Assembly (NCBI GenBank): GCA_950097015.1
Contig: CATNEN010000034.1
Location: 2,542,001-2,606,000, forward strand
DNA from: Macrostomum hystrix
Taxonomy: Eukaryota; Animalia; Platyhelminthes
Reading direction: 5' to 3'
DNA length: 64,000 nt
In this document: positions 60,525-64,000 of the stretch, in pieces
How the letters are laid out: every line of letters begins with the position of its first letter
How positions within the stretch are numbered: position 1 is the first letter of the stretch
The notes under the pieces: generated by a model
Databases searched by the model: none
Told to the model about the DNA's origin: nothing
What the model saw: the letters and a program-made list of their open reading frames with translations, nothing else
Made by a program: the position numbers and the translations under genes

Positions 60525-61160
60525 ACTCTCCCCATTCTCTCCTCCACTGTCTACTCTCATGTCTCTCCTCCACTGTCTACTCTCATGTCTCTCCTCCACT
60601 GTCTACTCTCATGTCTCTCCTCCACTGTCTACTCTCATGTCTCTCCTCCACTGTCTACTCTCATGTCTCTCCTCCACTGTCTACTCTCATGTCTCTCCTC
60701 CACTGTCTACTCTCATGTCTCTCCTCCACTGTCTACTCTCATGTCTCTCCTCCACTGTCTACTCTCATGTCTCTCCTCCACTGTCTACTCTCATGTCTCT
60801 CCTCCACTGTCTACTCTCATGTCTCTCCTCCACTGTCTACTCTCATATCTCTCCTCCACTGTCTACTCTCATATCTCTCCTCCACTGTCTACTCTCATGT
60901 CTCTCCTCCACTGTCTACTCTCATGTCTCTCCTCCACTGTCTACTCTCATGTCTCTCCTCCGCTGTCTACTCTCGGATCTCTCCTCCGCTGTCTACTCTC
61001 GGATCTCTCCTCCGCTGTCTACTCTCATATCTCTCCTCGGCTGTCTACTCTCATATCTCTCCTCGGCTGTCTACTCTCATATCTCTCCTCGGCTGTCTAC
61101 TCTCATATCTCTCCGCCGCTGTCTACTCTCATATCTCTCCTCCGCTGTCTACTCTCTCCA
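60525..61160. repeat. 26-bp minisatellite (CTCTCCTCCACTGTCTACTCTCATGT)
   Basis: About 24 copies, diverging towards the right end. Confidence 0.95.
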
Positions 61161-61794
61161 TCTCATTTCCATCTGAGAGATTCGATTACTCTGGGTTATA
61201 TATACTCTCTCACCCTTCTCTTTTCTAAGCGTACTCATCATTTTAATCCGATGTCAACAAACGGCAGTTTGTGCACTCTATTCCCACAGTGAGACTTTGC
61301 GCTCCTTCCCACTTCCTTCCTAGCCGCCTCAGCTGCCAGCGATCTATTTTTAGTTGCCACATGGCAACATGCCTGATACAGAAAAGCAACAGCCATTGGG
61401 ACAGGGGAGGCCAGGGCGAGATGATGATAGCGCATTGCGGCCCGTAAATTCCACCTGTGCCACCCGTTTTAGCCGGCTCCAGCTTGCTCTGATTGAAGCA
61501 GCTATGTGTCTATTTTTCAACCATAAGCTCTTGTCTTCTGCCTCAACGCTGAATTTCTCCAGCCAGTCCATTGTTGTCGGAATAGCAGGATTCTGAAATT
61601 TTCAATGGTCTAGTCCTCAGCAACCATTCGTGTCGAGGTTACGGGCCTCTGCTTTGTTGGAGATTTTTTAGAAAGCTTTTAGCTAGAGTGATTATCTGCA
61701 ATGCCAGCGGTGCTTTGTTCTATTTGACCAAAACTGATCTTTTGAATATTTACTCTGGGCTTCCAAGAGGGATTTTGTTGTTTGTTATTGAAAA

Positions 61795-62630
61795 GGACTT
61801 CTTGTGGATTCCGAGAGTGACTTCTTGTGGATTCCCAGAGTGACTTCTTGTGGATTCCGAGAGTGACTTCTTGAGTTTTTGAGAGTGACTTCTTGTAGAT
61901 TCCGAGGGTGACTTCTAGAGGATTCCGAGAGTGACTTCTTGTGGATTCCCAGAGTGACTTCTTGTGGATTCCGAGAGTGACTTCTTAAGTTTTTGAGAGT
62001 GACTTCTTGTAGATTCCGAGGGTGACTTCTAGAGGATTCCGAGAGTGAATTCTTAAGGTTTTGAGAGTGACTTCTTGTGGATTCCGAGAGTGACTTCTTC
62101 TGGATTCCGAGGGTGACTTCTTAAGGTTTTGAGAGTGACTTCTTGTGGGTCCCGAGAGTGACTTCTTGTGGATTCCCAGCGTGACTTCTTGTGGATTCCC
62201 AGAGTGACTTCTTGTGGATTCCGAGAGTGACTTCTTGTGGATTCCGAGAGTGAATTCTTAAGGTTTTGAAAGTGACTTCTAGAGGATTCCGAGAGTGAAT
62301 TCTTAAGGTTTTGAGAGTGACTTCTTGTGGATTCCGAGAGTGACTTCTTGTGGATTCCGAGAGTGACTTCTTGTGGATTCCGAGAGTGACTACTTGTGGT
62401 TCCCGAGAGTGACTTCTTGTGGGTCCCGAGAGTGACTACTTGTGGTTCCCGAGAGTGACTACTTGTGGTTCCCGAGAGTGACTTCTTGTGGTTCCCGAGA
62501 GTGACTTCTTGTGGTTCCCGAGAGTGACTTCTTGTGGGTTCCGAGTGTGACTTCTTGTAGATTCCGAGAGTGACTTCTTGTAGATTCCGAGAGTGACTTC
62601 TTGTGGATTCCGAGAGTGACTTCTTGTGGG
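61795..62630. repeat. 23-bp minisatellite (GAGAGTGACTTCTTGTGGATTCC)
   Basis: About 36 copies with recurrent variants. Confidence 0.95.
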
Positions 62631-63349
62631 TTTAGACAGAGGGACATCTTGAGGTTTCCAGAAAGTGCCTTAATATGATTTGCAGTCATTAAAATTATGC
62701 CCTACAACCGTGGCGTGGCGTTCCCAGATTCAGAGTAAATGAACTAGCCTGTTCTATGCATTTTCCTAAGTGCATTCAAATAACCCTATGTCTCTCTTCC
62801 CAAATTGTAGCGATCCCAATCCCCAGGGCAAAGTGATGTCAAGCACGCGTCCGAGTGTCTCGAAGTACTCTGAGAAAGTGGGGCCAGCTGAGCCAGCCTT
62901 ATCAGTGCGCAGTGGACCGGCTCGCTGAGATTGACTGGAGAAAGATTTATTGAGGCTCAAGAGTGAATTCTGATGGATAGATCGCGGACATCTAAAAGAT
63001 CTTTGCTTAGTTTATGGCAATTGTCACTGGTCCATTATTAGTTTTTGCTAAAGCTATATCAGTAAATACGAAGCCTGACCTGCATACAGTTAGGGCCATA
63101 GACAAAATCGAATCAATTCAATTGAGGCAGTTGATTTCCCATGGGGATAATCGGAGACAAGAAGCAAAATTGCTTGAGCTGAGAGATAAAAATTGATTTC
63201 CCATGATTAATCAGCAGCTTGTAGACTAATTCGCTAATTCAATAGGGCTAACAAAAATTAATTAGCAAACTGATGAACAATTCATAAATCTTTGGCCTGC
63301 GACTCCTATCAGTTTCAATATGGGCTTTACGAGGTTTAACGAAATGACA

Positions 63350-64000
63350 GCTCTCAGTATAACTGACTGCAACTCTCAGTATAACTGACTGCAACTCTCA
63401 ATATAACTGACTGCAACTCTCAGTATAACTGACTGCAGCTCTCAGTATAACTGACTGCAGCTCTCAGTATAACTGACTGCAGCTCTCAGTATAACTGACT
63501 CCAACTCTCATTATTACTGACTGCAGCTCTCAGTATAACTGACTGCAGCTCTCAGTATAACTGACTGCAGCTCTCAGTATAACTGACTGCAACTCTCATT
63601 ATTACTGACTGCAGCTCTCAGTATAACTGACTGCAACTCTCAGTATAACTGACTGCAGCTCTCAGTATAACTGACTGCAACTCTCAGTATAACTGACTGC
63701 AACTCTCAGTATAACTGACTGCAACTCTCAGTATAACTGACTGCAACTCTCAGTATAACTGACTGCAGCTCTCAGTATAACTGACTGCAGCTCTCAGTAT
63801 AACTGACTGCAGCTCTCAGTATAACTGACTGCAGCTCTCAGTATAACTGACTGCAGCTCTCAGTATAACTGACTGCAGCTCTCAGTATAACTGACTGCAA
63901 CTCTCAGTATAACTGACTGCAACTCTCAGTATAACTGACTGCAGCTCTCAGTATAACTGACTGCAGCTCTCAGTATAACTGACTGCAGCTCTCAGTATAA
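63350..64000. repeat. 22-bp minisatellite (CTCTCAGTATAACTGACTGCAG), truncated by the window edge
   Basis: About 29 copies. Confidence 0.96.

Overview
Eukaryotic (animal, invertebrate) genomic DNA. It has spliceosomal introns, GC-rich exons and about 28 distinct minisatellite arrays covering roughly 23-24 kb (about 37%) of the window. This style is reminiscent of a free-living flatworm such as Macrostomum (inference only). Five spliced genes were reconstructed with phase-consistent exons: the 3' part of a multi-Ig-domain gene (+, 575-3716, including a GC-AG intron), a Tincar-like multipass membrane protein (+, 4411-12739), an RBFOX/Fox-1 splicing factor (+, 28506-33382), IQCK (-, 41306-38673) and an adiponectin receptor/PAQR (+, 53485-57329). 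There is also an intact tRNA-Cys(GCA) and four copies of a tRNA-headed SINE-like repeat. The most striking structure lies between IQCK and AdipoR: a 5'-truncated Penelope-like retroelement (RT thumb plus GIY-YIG endonuclease). A 70-bp piece of its endonuclease coding sequence has expanded into an 82-copy, 5.75-kb satellite. The element has a perfect 37-bp inverted terminal segment, a 16-bp putative target-site duplication and a minimal hammerhead ribozyme carrying a G5A core change, and it sits immediately upstream of a tRNA-like sequence. A second, decayed Penelope-like GIY-YIG fragment lies on the minus strand 2.3 kb away. No CRISPR or other prokaryotic features are present. Most long ORFs in the supplied track are translations of tandem repeats.
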